A stretch of 64,000 nt of DNA from Nitrosopumilus sp. (GTDB lineage Archaea > Thermoproteota > Nitrososphaeria > Nitrososphaerales > Nitrosopumilaceae). Below, piece by piece: positions 9,857-18,823 of the stretch. How positions within the stretch are numbered: position 1 is the stretch's first letter; every line of letters begins with the position of its first letter. The stretch lies in NCBI GenBank assembly GCA_965205215.1, contig OZ242041.1, positions 1,760,001-1,824,000 of the forward strand. Reading direction: 5' to 3'. Position numbers and translations under genes: made by a program. The notes beneath the pieces are model-generated. The model did no database searches. It saw nothing but the letters and a program-made list of their open reading frames with translations, and was not told the origin of the DNA.

Positions 9857-10564
9857 GTGGACTTTATACGAATTGTGGCAGACGACAGGGAGCGCAAGAG
9901 CGGAATACCGCAGCTTCTCAAGGAGATAGGAATCAACCTAGAGATAAAGACGCTTCCCGTTGGTGACTACATTGTTGCTCCCGAGACGGTCATAGAGAGG
10001 AAGTCGGTGCGCGATTTGGTCTCGTCCATATTTGACGGGAGGCTGTTTGAGCAGTGCTCCAAGCTCAGGGAGCATTTTGAGCGCCCCGCCATACTTGTCG
10101 AGGGGAACCTCGACGAGCTGGAGGAGATTACGGAAAACCCCATGATCTTTTACGGCGCGGTGTCCACCGCGGTGATGGAGTTTGGCATACCCGTCATGCC
10201 CACCCCAAGCGCGGTACACACCGCAAAGCTGCTGATCGCGATGGCGGCAAAAAAAAGGAACGGCGTGGGCGGGCCGTACATCAAAAAGATAAGAAAGTCC
10301 GAGGACGTGCAGCGGCAGCAGCTTTCCATACTGTGCAGCCTGCCGGGCGTGGGCGAGACGTTTGCCACCCGCATGCTTGAAAAGTTCGGCACCCCCATGG
10401 GAGCACTCTCCGCGACAAAGTCAGAACTGCTAAAGGTGGAGGGCATGGGAGAGTCAAGGGCCGAGCGCATCAGAAACGCGCTCAACGCCGACGCGGCGGG
10501 CAAAAAGGCCGGGCGGGCAGGCGGCGGCGGGCAGACCAAGCTGGAGGATCCCGGCCCGAAATGA
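9857..10564 (+). CDS. xpf: ERCC4/XPF structure-specific endonuclease with HhH domain
   Basis: ADDRE, LPVGDYIV, IERKS..DL..SI.DGRL.EQ; HhH motif LPGVG. Confidence 0.9.
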   Translation: MDFIRIVADDRERKSGIPQLLKEIGINLEIKTLPVGDYIVAPETVIERKSVRDLVSSIFDGRLFEQCSKLREHFERPAILVEGNLDELEEITENPMIFYGAVSTAVMEFGIPVMPTPSAVHTAKLLIAMAAKKRNGVGGPYIKKIRKSEDVQRQQLSILCSLPGVGETFATRMLEKFGTPMGALSATKSELLKVEGMGESRAERIRNALNADAAGKKAGRAGGGGQTKLEDPGPK

Positions 10565-10615
10565 CCAAAAAAGGGCGCGCTTGCAGTGGCGCAACTCACG
10601 AGGCGGCGGCAGCCG

Positions 10616-11236
10616 TCACTTTGCCGCGCTCCTCTTGAGCGCCCGCCTCTTGAGCGCGGTTCCGCATGACGGGCATTCGATCCTCCCCCGCTTGGAGCCG
10701 TTGCCGCCAGAAGGGGCCGCGCCGCCGCCCTTGGCACGTCTGCCGCGGATGCCACCGCGGCCACCGGCGCCGCCGGCACGAACCTCGTCGCCCGTCACCC
10801 CGTACGAGCACCCGGGACAGTAGTACAGCCATCTCATCACGGCCGATATTCCCCGCGTCATAACGGGCGTAACACCGAGGTTTAGCGAGCGCATCACGTT
10901 TGACACGGCATAGTCGTCTGTCACGATCCCGAGGCCGGTCTGCATGCAAAGCGCTATGGCCGAGACGTCGGGACCCGACAGGTTCGGCATGTCACCGGTC
11001 GCCTCGGCGGCGCGGCGCGCCTCGTCCATGCTCGCAGGGGCAGGCTTTTCAAGCGACAGGCGGCCCGACGCAATCAGTACGTCCAGCGCGCCGTGGCCAC
11101 TCTTGATGTGGGACACCTCGTCGTATACGTCCGGCGTCGTCACGTACGACGCGCCGGGCGCGGAATCCCACCCCGCAAACGGCACGCCGGCATAAAACGC
11201 GCTTGCGTCAAGTACGACAGGCCGCCTAAAATCCAA
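10616..11236 (-). CDS. nob1: Nob1 PIN endonuclease with Zn ribbon
   Basis: VLDASAF, LSGPD, VTDDYAVSN, YYCPGC...CPSCG. Confidence 0.9.
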   Translation of the reverse strand: MDFRRPVVLDASAFYAGVPFAGWDSAPGASYVTTPDVYDEVSHIKSGHGALDVLIASGRLSLEKPAPASMDEARRAAEATGDMPNLSGPDVSAIALCMQTGLGIVTDDYAVSNVMRSLNLGVTPVMTRGISAVMRWLYYCPGCSYGVTGDEVRAGGAGGRGGIRGRRAKGGGAAPSGGNGSKRGRIECPSCGTALKRRALKRSAAK

Positions 11237-12059
11237 GCTTGCTCATCTGCCTCAGGCCGCGCTTCTTAAGCCGTATGAAGACGGCCGGTTTCTTGTGCCG
11301 GCGTATGGTGATGACCTCGCCGTATCCGACGTCCTGTATCACCTGGGCATCCACCACCACCTTGCAGTCGTGCGATGATATCACCGCCACCTTCTGGTCG
11401 GGCACCACAAGCGATGCGAGCCTGTACACCGGCGCCACGGGCGTCAGTATCAGTACGTCAAGGCTCTCGTGCAGTATGGGGCCGCCAAGGGAGAACGAGT
11501 GCCCCGTCGAGCCGCTCGGGGTGGCCACTATGAGCCCGTCCATCTTCTGCCGCACCGTGTCATTACGGAACTGGATCTCTATCTCCGAGGTTTTAGTCAT
11601 GTTGGATCGGCTGATGTACACCTCGTTGAGGGCGGGTGGAAGGTCGCGGCCGCCCACCGATGCGACGAGGCGGGTGCGCCTGTCAAGAAAGAACCTGCCC
11701 TTACGGATCTGGCCTATCGCGCCCTCAACGTCGTCCATGGTGATCTCGGCCAGTATGCCGCGGTTGCCGCCCACGTTTACCGTCAGTATGGGAGTATTGT
11801 TCTCAAGACTCCGGAACGCCCGCAGTGTGGTCCCGTCCCCGCCTAGCGTCACCACGAGGTCAAGGCGCACGCTCTGCAGGTCCTCCAGCGCCTCAACGCG
11901 CTGAGCCCCGTCCATGTCAACGGGCGATATGGTATACACCACGGAACCCCCGGCCAGGAACATTCGGGCCACTCTGACGGCAGCCTCCTCGGACTCCCTT
12001 GATCCCACCTTGCTTACAATCGCGACGCGCCTAAGATTCAACTGCATCTCATACGACAC
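11226..12059 (-). CDS. nadK: NAD(+)/NADH kinase
   Basis: LGGDGT, ALNE, DGLIVATPSGSTGHSFSLGGP. Confidence 0.93.
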   Translation of the reverse strand: MSYEMQLNLRRVAIVSKVGSRESEEAAVRVARMFLAGGSVVYTISPVDMDGAQRVEALEDLQSVRLDLVVTLGGDGTTLRAFRSLENNTPILTVNVGGNRGILAEITMDDVEGAIGQIRKGRFFLDRRTRLVASVGGRDLPPALNEVYISRSNMTKTSEIEIQFRNDTVRQKMDGLIVATPSGSTGHSFSLGGPILHESLDVLILTPVAPVYRLASLVVPDQKVAVISSHDCKVVVDAQVIQDVGYGEVITIRRHKKPAVFIRLKKRGLRQMSKLGF

Positions 12060-12126
12060 GATCGTCTTAAATCGTTTTTGCAGTGAGTCCCAAATGCAGA
12101 GTACAAAGGGCAGGTCACCGCAGAAT

Positions 12127-12168
12127 CAGGCGTGCGGCGAGCCTCGTATCACAGGCGTGCGGCGAGCC
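12127..12168. repeat. 17-bp direct repeat in the nadK / sulfurtransferase divergent spacer
   Basis: CAGGCGTGCGGCGAGCC at 12127-12143 and 12152-12168. Confidence 0.75.
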
Positions 12169-12404
12169 GGGGCTGCGCTTTTCTGTGGGCGCCGACAATC
12201 GCGATACACCGTCGACTGTCCAGAGAAAGAGGACAGTCGGGGCGGTCAGGAGCAGCAACCCCAAACGAGTTGTAGTGGCAGGGCAGTGGTGGTGGTGGCG
12301 GAGGAGGAGGAGGATGAAGAGGGGAGAAGGGTGCGCACAAGGGCTCCAGAGAACCAAGATTGCGCATACAAACTACTAAATAACGACGGCATTGGAGGGG
12401 CGGC

Positions 12405-13256
12405 ATGGGAGGTTACGCACGCCCCGAGGTTCTGGTCGACACGCAGTGGGTGCAGGACAACCAGCCTGGCGATAATCGGAGGCTTGTGGAGGTCGACTAC
12501 GACCCGATCAACGCGTATGAAAAGGGGCACATAAGAGGTGCCACCCTGATATGGTGGAAGCGCGACATCAACGACCCCGTCACGCGCGACATCATAGGCA
12601 AAAAGGCGTTCGAGTCGCTAATGTCAAGAAACGGCATAACGGCGGATTCCGAGGTCATACTGTACGGGGACTTTAACAACTGGTTTGCGGCGTTCGTGTT
12701 TTGGATCTTCAAGTATTACGGACACGAAAACGTAAGGATCATGAACGGCGGTCGGAAAAAGTGGGAGCTCGAGGGCCGGGCGTACACCACCGACGCGGAG
12801 CCCGAGGTGCCGGCCGCAGCGTACACGGCGCAGCCGCCTGACGAGGGGCTCAGGGCCTACCTTGCCGACGCGCGCAGGGCCTTGGACAGGGACGATACGG
12901 TAATGGTCGACGTCAGATCCCCGGCGGAATTTTCAGGGCAGATCACCGCACCACCGGAATATCCGACAGAGAACGCGCAGCGCGGGGGGCACATACCCGG
13001 CGCAAACAGCATACCCTGGCTCACCGCCGTAAACGACGAGGACGGGACCTTCAAGAGCGCGGACGAGCTGAGGGCCAACTACGAGCCCAAGGGGGTGACT
13101 CCCGACAAGGACGTCATATGCTACTGCAGGATCGGCGAGAGGTCGTCGCACAGCTGGTTCGTCCTAAAGTACCTGCTAGGCTATCCGAGGGTGCGCAACT
13201 ACGACGGATCGTGGACCGAGTGGGGCAACATGATCGGAAACCCCGTCGAAAAGTAA
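12405..13256 (+). CDS. Tandem-domain thiosulfate sulfurtransferase (rhodanese)
   Basis: Y..GHI.GA, VDVRSPAEF, RGGHIPGA, active loop YCRIGERS, NYDGSWTEW. Confidence 0.95.
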   Translation: MGGYARPEVLVDTQWVQDNQPGDNRRLVEVDYDPINAYEKGHIRGATLIWWKRDINDPVTRDIIGKKAFESLMSRNGITADSEVILYGDFNNWFAAFVFWIFKYYGHENVRIMNGGRKKWELEGRAYTTDAEPEVPAAAYTAQPPDEGLRAYLADARRALDRDDTVMVDVRSPAEFSGQITAPPEYPTENAQRGGHIPGANSIPWLTAVNDEDGTFKSADELRANYEPKGVTPDKDVICYCRIGERSSHSWFVLKYLLGYPRVRNYDGSWTEWGNMIGNPVEK

Positions 13257-13269
13257 CACGAGCGGCGCA

Positions 13270-13617
13270 ATGGCGATCGATGACGGCAGTGACAGTGGCA
13301 AGCAAGACCACCACAGCCACAACACACGTACACTCAGAACAGGATCGTTCTATACGATCACCGACGACGGCAGCGCATACGTGCTGCTTGACCGCACAAA
13401 GAGGGGCCTCGAACCCAAGGAGAGGTCAGTCGACGAGAAGACGGGCATAGAGGCAGACATGGGCGTCATATACGGCATGGACGGCATCGGGCACAAAGTG
13501 CCCATCAGGTGGTATTACGCCAAGGACGTGCACGACATCTCTGACGTGACCGGCCACGCCGACTCCATCGAGAAGCGGTATGCTGAGCTCAGGGAGCTCA
13601 CCTGCCCGGACGACTAG
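13270..13617 (+). CDS. Hypothetical protein ending in CPDD, likely co-transcribed with the rhodanese
   Basis: Starts 13 bp after the rhodanese stop; coding-like codon usage. Confidence 0.75.
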   Translation: MAIDDGSDSGKQDHHSHNTRTLRTGSFYTITDDGSAYVLLDRTKRGLEPKERSVDEKTGIEADMGVIYGMDGIGHKVPIRWYYAKDVHDISDVTGHADSIEKRYAELRELTCPDD

Positions 13618-13765
13618 AACTCTCCCGATGAGATCTGCACGCCTGCCGAATTTCCGACAGCGGTACGACCGACACGCTGCCAGGTGTCTTGATCTGCTAT
13701 TCCGCGCGGGCGCTTCGGGCGCAATCAGGAAGACAGGTCACCATTGACAAGATTTTTAAAGAAAA

Positions 13766-14725
13766 ATGCCCAAGTCACATGTAGATCTAATGTCGCAACT
13801 TCTCAAGGACAGAGTATGGTCCATGGAGGCCCCCACTGCAAAGCGCGGCGTATACCCGCTGCACGGCTTCAAGCTCGGGCTCTACAGGATCCCAGTCAAG
13901 CTCGAGGAGCCCGGCGAGATATGGTCGGTGTACGAGGGGCTCAAAAAGGCCTTTGAGATGGACATGTACGCGGACAGGATATTTGCCACGTACCGCTGGA
14001 AGGAGAGCAGCCCGGACAACACGGAGGAGGCCGAGCTGTCCGTTACGGTGGAGATTGTAACGGGAGAGGTGGTGGACATCATATACCAGATATTTCCAAT
14101 CGAGAGGTACGGCGACCAGAACTGGGTGGCAGACTATAGGAAGAAGGCGGATCACTTTGCAAAGATGATAATAGACACGATACTGCGCAACACGATCCTG
14201 GCCGACAAGCTCGTGTCGCACTATGCAAAGGCCGAGAAGATATCAGAGGTCATGGCAATCCAAAAGCTCGAAGAGCTGACGCCCCTGGCCAAGATAGTCA
14301 TGGGCGCAAAGCCAAAGCCCGTCGAGGCCTCCGAGGACGCCGAGGAGGAGGACGGAGACGACGTGATGGAGGTTCCCGACGGGGCAAAGCCAGGGCCCAT
14401 AGACGTGGACTACAAGTCAAAGATGAAGCAGTCCTCGTCATACCAGGCGCCGGAGCACACCATAAAGACATGGGGGCGCAAGGGCGCCAGCAACGCCATA
14501 ATGGGTGTCTGGGGCGAGTTTGTGTCGGTAGACTATGACATCTGCGTCGCGGACGGCGGGTGCATAGAGGCCTGCCCCGTAAGCGTGTACGAGTGGTTCG
14601 ACACGCCGGGAAACCCCGCATCGGAGAAAAAGCCCCTGATGTCAAAGGAGCCGGACTGCATATTCTGCCTTGCATGCGAGGGCGTATGCCCGCCGCAGGC
14701 AATCAAGATATTTGAGCAAAAGTAG
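13766..14725 (+). CDS. Dicluster ferredoxin-domain protein with a long uncharacterised N-terminal domain
   Basis: CVADGGCIEACP and CIFCLACEGVCP motifs; AT-rich TTTTTAAA just upstream. Confidence 0.88.
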   Translation: MPKSHVDLMSQLLKDRVWSMEAPTAKRGVYPLHGFKLGLYRIPVKLEEPGEIWSVYEGLKKAFEMDMYADRIFATYRWKESSPDNTEEAELSVTVEIVTGEVVDIIYQIFPIERYGDQNWVADYRKKADHFAKMIIDTILRNTILADKLVSHYAKAEKISEVMAIQKLEELTPLAKIVMGAKPKPVEASEDAEEEDGDDVMEVPDGAKPGPIDVDYKSKMKQSSSYQAPEHTIKTWGRKGASNAIMGVWGEFVSVDYDICVADGGCIEACPVSVYEWFDTPGNPASEKKPLMSKEPDCIFCLACEGVCPPQAIKIFEQK

Positions 14726-14826
14726 GGGCTTCGGCTCAGAGGCCGGCGCGCTCTGGCGCATGCCGCTGCAACAAGACTGCAAAAAACGCTTGCAGACATA
14801 AATACCCAAGGACAGCCCCACACACC

Positions 14827-16917
14827 ATGGAACTTTCCATGGTTCCCCTTGCAAAAATAGTGTTTGACATATTCATCATAGCGTCCGTCCTGATAACCGC
14901 GTACACCTGCAACTTTTACTACCTTGCATACCTCTCAAGGAGGCGCAAGGACAGGCCTGCCACCGCACAGGACGCCGGCGAGCCGTCCATAACCATACAG
15001 CTTCCCATATACAACGAGAAGTACGTGGCAAGGCGCCTGGTCGACGCGGTGTGCGCGCTCGACTATCCGCGAAGCAAGATGCGCATAATGGTGCTTGACG
15101 ACTCGGATGACGACACGGTCGGCATAATGCGGGACGTCGTGTCCCACTACAGCAAGGAGGGGTTCAAGATAGAGCACATAAGGCGCGGCACGCGCGACGG
15201 ATACAAGGCCGGGGCCCTCAAGCACGCGATGAAGAGCACCGACACGGAGCTGGTGGCCATATTTGACGCGGACTTTATGCCGCCTGAGTGGTTCCTGAGG
15301 CGCGCCATACCGCACTTTGCAAAGTCCGACATAGGGCTGGTCCAGTGCAGGTGGGGCCACGTAAACGAGAACTATTCGGCCATAACAAGGGCGCAGGCAC
15401 TAAGCCTCGACTTTCACTTCCTGATAGAGCAAAAGGCAAAGAGCAACTCGAAGCTGTTCATGAACTTTAACGGCACGGCCGGGATCTGGAGGCGCGAGTG
15501 CATAGAGGACTCCGGGGGGTGGCACACGGCCACGCTGGTCGAGGACCTTGACCTGAGTTACAGGGCCCAGATGAAGAACTGGAGGTGCGTCTTCCTGCCC
15601 CACATAGTGGTGGACGCGGAGCTCCCCATGCAGATGAACGCCGCAAAGCGCCAGCAGTACCGGTGGGCAAAGGGCTCCATACAGTGCGCCGTAAAGCTCC
15701 TGTCGAATATAGTGGCAAGCAGGCTGGTGGCAGCCGAGACCAAGATACAGGCGTTCGTGCAGCTGACGCGCCACGTCGTATTCCCGCTCATGCTCGTACA
15801 GTTCCTGGCGCTGCCCATACTGCTGGCAAGCCACGTGGACGTCTACATCATGAGCCTGGTGCCGGCCCTCACGATCGCGCTGTACCTGGCCATGGGTCCC
15901 GGCGCATACCTCATGATAATACGCGGCATGTACGACGGGCCGTCGTGGCTCTCAAGGGCCGCCACCATGCCGTTCCTGCTGATATACACCGCGGGCATAT
16001 CGGTAAACAACACGGTGGCCGTGTTCGACGCCGTGCTGGGAAAGAAGAACGAGTTTCTGCGCACTCCCAAGTACGGCATGCTCAGGGACAAGGACGACTG
16101 GAAGGACAATGCGTACAACCTGCCGTTCTCACAGGTTACGCTGCTGGAGATATTCTTCGGGGTATACGGTACGGTGGGCGTGTTTGTGGCCATCACGTCG
16201 GGCAACGCCGTGTTTGCCCCGATCATAGGCCTGCAGACGATCGGATTCTTTTACATAGCGTACATGAGTATAGCTCACACCAGGTTTAAAAGAAATAAAT
16301 CAGCGGCGGCCCGCATACGCACGAGAAGGGAAAGGATGGCCGACAGGATATACAAGCTTGCAATAGGGGGCATAATCTCGATAATCGTCATAGGCGGCTT
16401 TATGGCATACCAGGGGTACAGCAACGACATCTATCCAATCGACCGCATGAGGGGAAACCTTGACGGGGCCATCGCGTCGTCGGACCCCGCCACCGTAAAG
16501 GCCCACCTGCAGGAGGCAAAGGCGGACATGCAGCTGGTCCTTGCAAACGGGCTCATCCCAGAAAAGAGGGACGCCAACGGCGTGCTGACGTCGAAGAATC
16601 CCGTGTGGCTGTTTGACATCGAGACCACCAACTTTGTGAGGATGGACGCCGACATCGGCGCCCTGATAGAGAGGGTGGACAAGGTAGCCACGTCGCCGAG
16701 GGACAGCGCCGCGTTCCACACCGGAATGCTCAACATAAACGAGTCAAGTCTGGCGCTGAAGGTGCACCTCACCGAGGCCACGCCGTTCATGTACATCAGC
16801 ATTGCAAACATCCTGCTCTCGGTGGTGTGGATCAGCGCGATAATCATAATATTTGTCGTGCTAAAGAAAAAGAGGGAGAGTCTCAAGGCCCAGGACGCGC
16901 GGGAAGGCGGAATCTAG
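14827..16917 (+). CDS. Processive GT2 (cellulose synthase-like) membrane glycosyltransferase
   Basis: QLPIYNE, DDSDD, YKAGAL, FDADF, FNGTAG, VEDLD, QxxRW (QQYRW); several TM helices. Confidence 0.92.
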   Translation: MELSMVPLAKIVFDIFIIASVLITAYTCNFYYLAYLSRRRKDRPATAQDAGEPSITIQLPIYNEKYVARRLVDAVCALDYPRSKMRIMVLDDSDDDTVGIMRDVVSHYSKEGFKIEHIRRGTRDGYKAGALKHAMKSTDTELVAIFDADFMPPEWFLRRAIPHFAKSDIGLVQCRWGHVNENYSAITRAQALSLDFHFLIEQKAKSNSKLFMNFNGTAGIWRRECIEDSGGWHTATLVEDLDLSYRAQMKNWRCVFLPHIVVDAELPMQMNAAKRQQYRWAKGSIQCAVKLLSNIVASRLVAAETKIQAFVQLTRHVVFPLMLVQFLALPILLASHVDVYIMSLVPALTIALYLAMGPGAYLMIIRGMYDGPSWLSRAATMPFLLIYTAGISVNNTVAVFDAVLGKKNEFLRTPKYGMLRDKDDWKDNAYNLPFSQVTLLEIFFGVYGTVGVFVAITSGNAVFAPIIGLQTIGFFYIAYMSIAHTRFKRNKSAAARIRTRRERMADRIYKLAIGGIISIIVIGGFMAYQGYSNDIYPIDRMRGNLDGAIASSDPATVKAHLQEAKADMQLVLANGLIPEKRDANGVLTSKNPVWLFDIETTNFVRMDADIGALIERVDKVATSPRDSAAFHTGMLNINESSLALKVHLTEATPFMYISIANILLSVVWISAIIIIFVVLKKKRESLKAQDAREGGI

Positions 16918-17029
16918 CGGCAGGGGGCCGGCGCGAGTTGCCAGCAGGGGGCCGCGCAGACGTGATGGTGCCAGTACAGACTACAGTTCGGCCCACGCGC
17001 ATTCTAGGCGCCGCAGAGACGGGCGGCAG

Positions 17030-17851
17030 TCATCGTATGCCGCGCCTTGCAAGATAGTCAGACACTATCTTCCTGGCGAGCTCGGCAGGCTCCATGTCGG
17101 CCTCCCGGGAGAGCCGCGCCAGTCCCTTTGCCTGCGACTGTGAGACGCGGACAGACAGGTTCCTCCTCGCGCGAAAAGAGTTTGCAAGTTTTGACACCTC
17201 CGAGGGGCCTGCGGAGCCTCCCAGTTTTTCAAGAGCCTCTATATACCGAGCCCGCCGGGCCGCGTCGTATTTGGAGACCTTTTTGACGACCTCCACGGCC
17301 CTTTCCTGATTCGGCACCGCCTTGCATATGCGGACGGCATCGCGCCGGGACACGTACGACGGGACCAGCTCCTTTACAGAGTCGGGCACCCCGTCGAACC
17401 CGAGGTGTCCGCGCAGCGTGTCGCGGGTTAGTCCAAGCGCCCTGGCCGCATTGGCCTTGCCCATGCTGTTTACCAGGAACCTGCAGGAGGCGGCCATGTC
17501 CTTTGCAGACATGTTTTTGCGGTGCAGGTTCTCTATCACAGAGACGGCCTTTGCGTCAGAGACGTCAGAGAACCGATCAGGATCAAGCAGCAGCACGGGC
17601 ACAGTATCATGCCCAAGCCGCCTGAGCGCCTCTAGTCGGCGCTGTCCGGCCAGCAGCTTGTACGTGCGGCCCTCGCGCGTGACCGTAAGCGGGTGCTGCA
17701 GTCCCTCCGACTTTATGGATTTGGCAAGCGAATCTATCTCGTCCGTATCAAGATCCCTGGCCTGGGCGTCGGACCATATCGCAATCGAGTCAATGGGGAC
17801 GGTTTTGAGCACATAGTTGGCCGCATTCGTGGACGTACCGGACCCCTTCAC
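17030..17851 (-). CDS. Orphan ParB/Spo0J-like protein (ParB-N CTPase domain, helical/HTH region, C-terminal RHH-like segment)
   Basis: LAKSIKSEGLQHPLTV, LLAGQRRLEA (GxRR), IENLHRKNMS; C-terminus LSVRVSQSQAKGLARLSREADMEPAELARKIVSDYL. Confidence 0.85.
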   Translation of the reverse strand: MKGSGTSTNAANYVLKTVPIDSIAIWSDAQARDLDTDEIDSLAKSIKSEGLQHPLTVTREGRTYKLLAGQRRLEALRRLGHDTVPVLLLDPDRFSDVSDAKAVSVIENLHRKNMSAKDMAASCRFLVNSMGKANAARALGLTRDTLRGHLGFDGVPDSVKELVPSYVSRRDAVRICKAVPNQERAVEVVKKVSKYDAARRARYIEALEKLGGSAGPSEVSKLANSFRARRNLSVRVSQSQAKGLARLSREADMEPAELARKIVSDYLARRGIR

Positions 17852-18127
17852 AGACGTATATGGCTATATGGTTATTGATAAGTATTTGGAAGGAACGGCG
17901 GCATCCTAGGCACAATACGCCCCATACGCCGACACGCCAGCCACCGGACTCTTCTGCGTACGGGGCTTTCCCCTCCCTTCCCTCCCCTTCCCTCCCCTCC
18001 CCTCCCCCCTTCCGCAGCCATCTCGGGGCGTCATTGCAAAAACGGACGACCTGTACGGCACGTCCGATCCAGATTGTGCCTGCGGGGAGACGGGCAGGTG
18101 TGCTGTGCCCGCATCATCTTGAAAGAA

Positions 18128-18135
18128 TTTAATAG
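18128..18135 (+). promoter_or_regulatory. Putative TATA box of tRNA-Gly
   Basis: TTTAATAG preceded by purine-rich GAAAGAA (BRE-like), about 26-33 nt before the tRNA. Confidence 0.55.
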
Positions 18136-18160
18136 AGATCTGAGTCAGGTTCCAAATGTT

Positions 18161-18237
18161 GCAGTTGTAGTATAGTTTGGTTAGTATACGAGCTTGCCAA
18201 GTTCGCGACCCGGGTTCGAATCCCGGTAACTGCACCA
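18161..18237 (+). tRNA. tRNA-Gly(GCC), no intron, CCA encoded
   Basis: Acceptor stem GCAGTTG/TAACTGC-A-CCA; anticodon arm CGAGC-TTGCCAA-GTTCG; T arm CCGGG-TTCGAAT-CCCGG. Confidence 0.96.
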
Positions 18238-18280
18238 CTCATTCTGACATTCCCGGCCTACTCACGCATCCCGGTGCTGC

Positions 18281-18742
18281 CTATCCTCTTCTGCCCCTCC
18301 CAAGTCCTTGTCGTATCAGATTCAGCGCGTGTGCGGCCCTCTCAGGGCGCGGCAGTTGTATGAGGACGATCGTACCGTCGGTGGCGGACGCGTCCGCATG
18401 CTCCGACATGCCGACGGCGAGCATGCAGGTTTCTGCCAGCGCCTCGAAGAACGAGATATGCCGCCGAGCGTTGATGATAAAGCGCTCGCGGCCCACTCCC
18501 GCACCGCGGGGAACGTCCAGCATAACCTCTACAAAGACGCGTCCGGCCATGTCGTCGAAGATGTTGAGATTGACATACACTGAGACAGGGCGGCCACGGA
18601 TGGCGTGCGCGATTCTGTCATACCGCCCGGAGTCGTCAAGTGTTATGCACGGGACGGAACGTCCCTCATAGTCAGTCAGTCCGGCCCCGTCGTCATGCAT
18701 GAATGGGAGCCAGTCGTCAGGTATGTCCTCGCGGCCATCCAC
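18281..18742 (-). CDS. Hypothetical protein
   Basis: Globular-looking 153-aa ORF (DYEGRSVPCI, VNLNIF, FFEALAE..ML, IQLPRPE). Confidence 0.7.
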   Translation of the reverse strand: MDGREDIPDDWLPFMHDDGAGLTDYEGRSVPCITLDDSGRYDRIAHAIRGRPVSVYVNLNIFDDMAGRVFVEVMLDVPRGAGVGRERFIINARRHISFFEALAETCMLAVGMSEHADASATDGTIVLIQLPRPERAAHALNLIRQGLGRGRRG

Positions 18743-18823
18743 GTCGCGGCCAGGTCCGGATCGGTCATTGCGGCACCTGCGGCGTCAAGGCGGCACGCGT
18801 CCTCGCCGGCCTCGCCATGGACG

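Noticed and set aside
16920-18240. Integrated element bounded by att sites at tRNA-Gly
   Set aside because: I found no integrase and no duplicated tRNA end in the window; only the ParB-like gene is suggestive.
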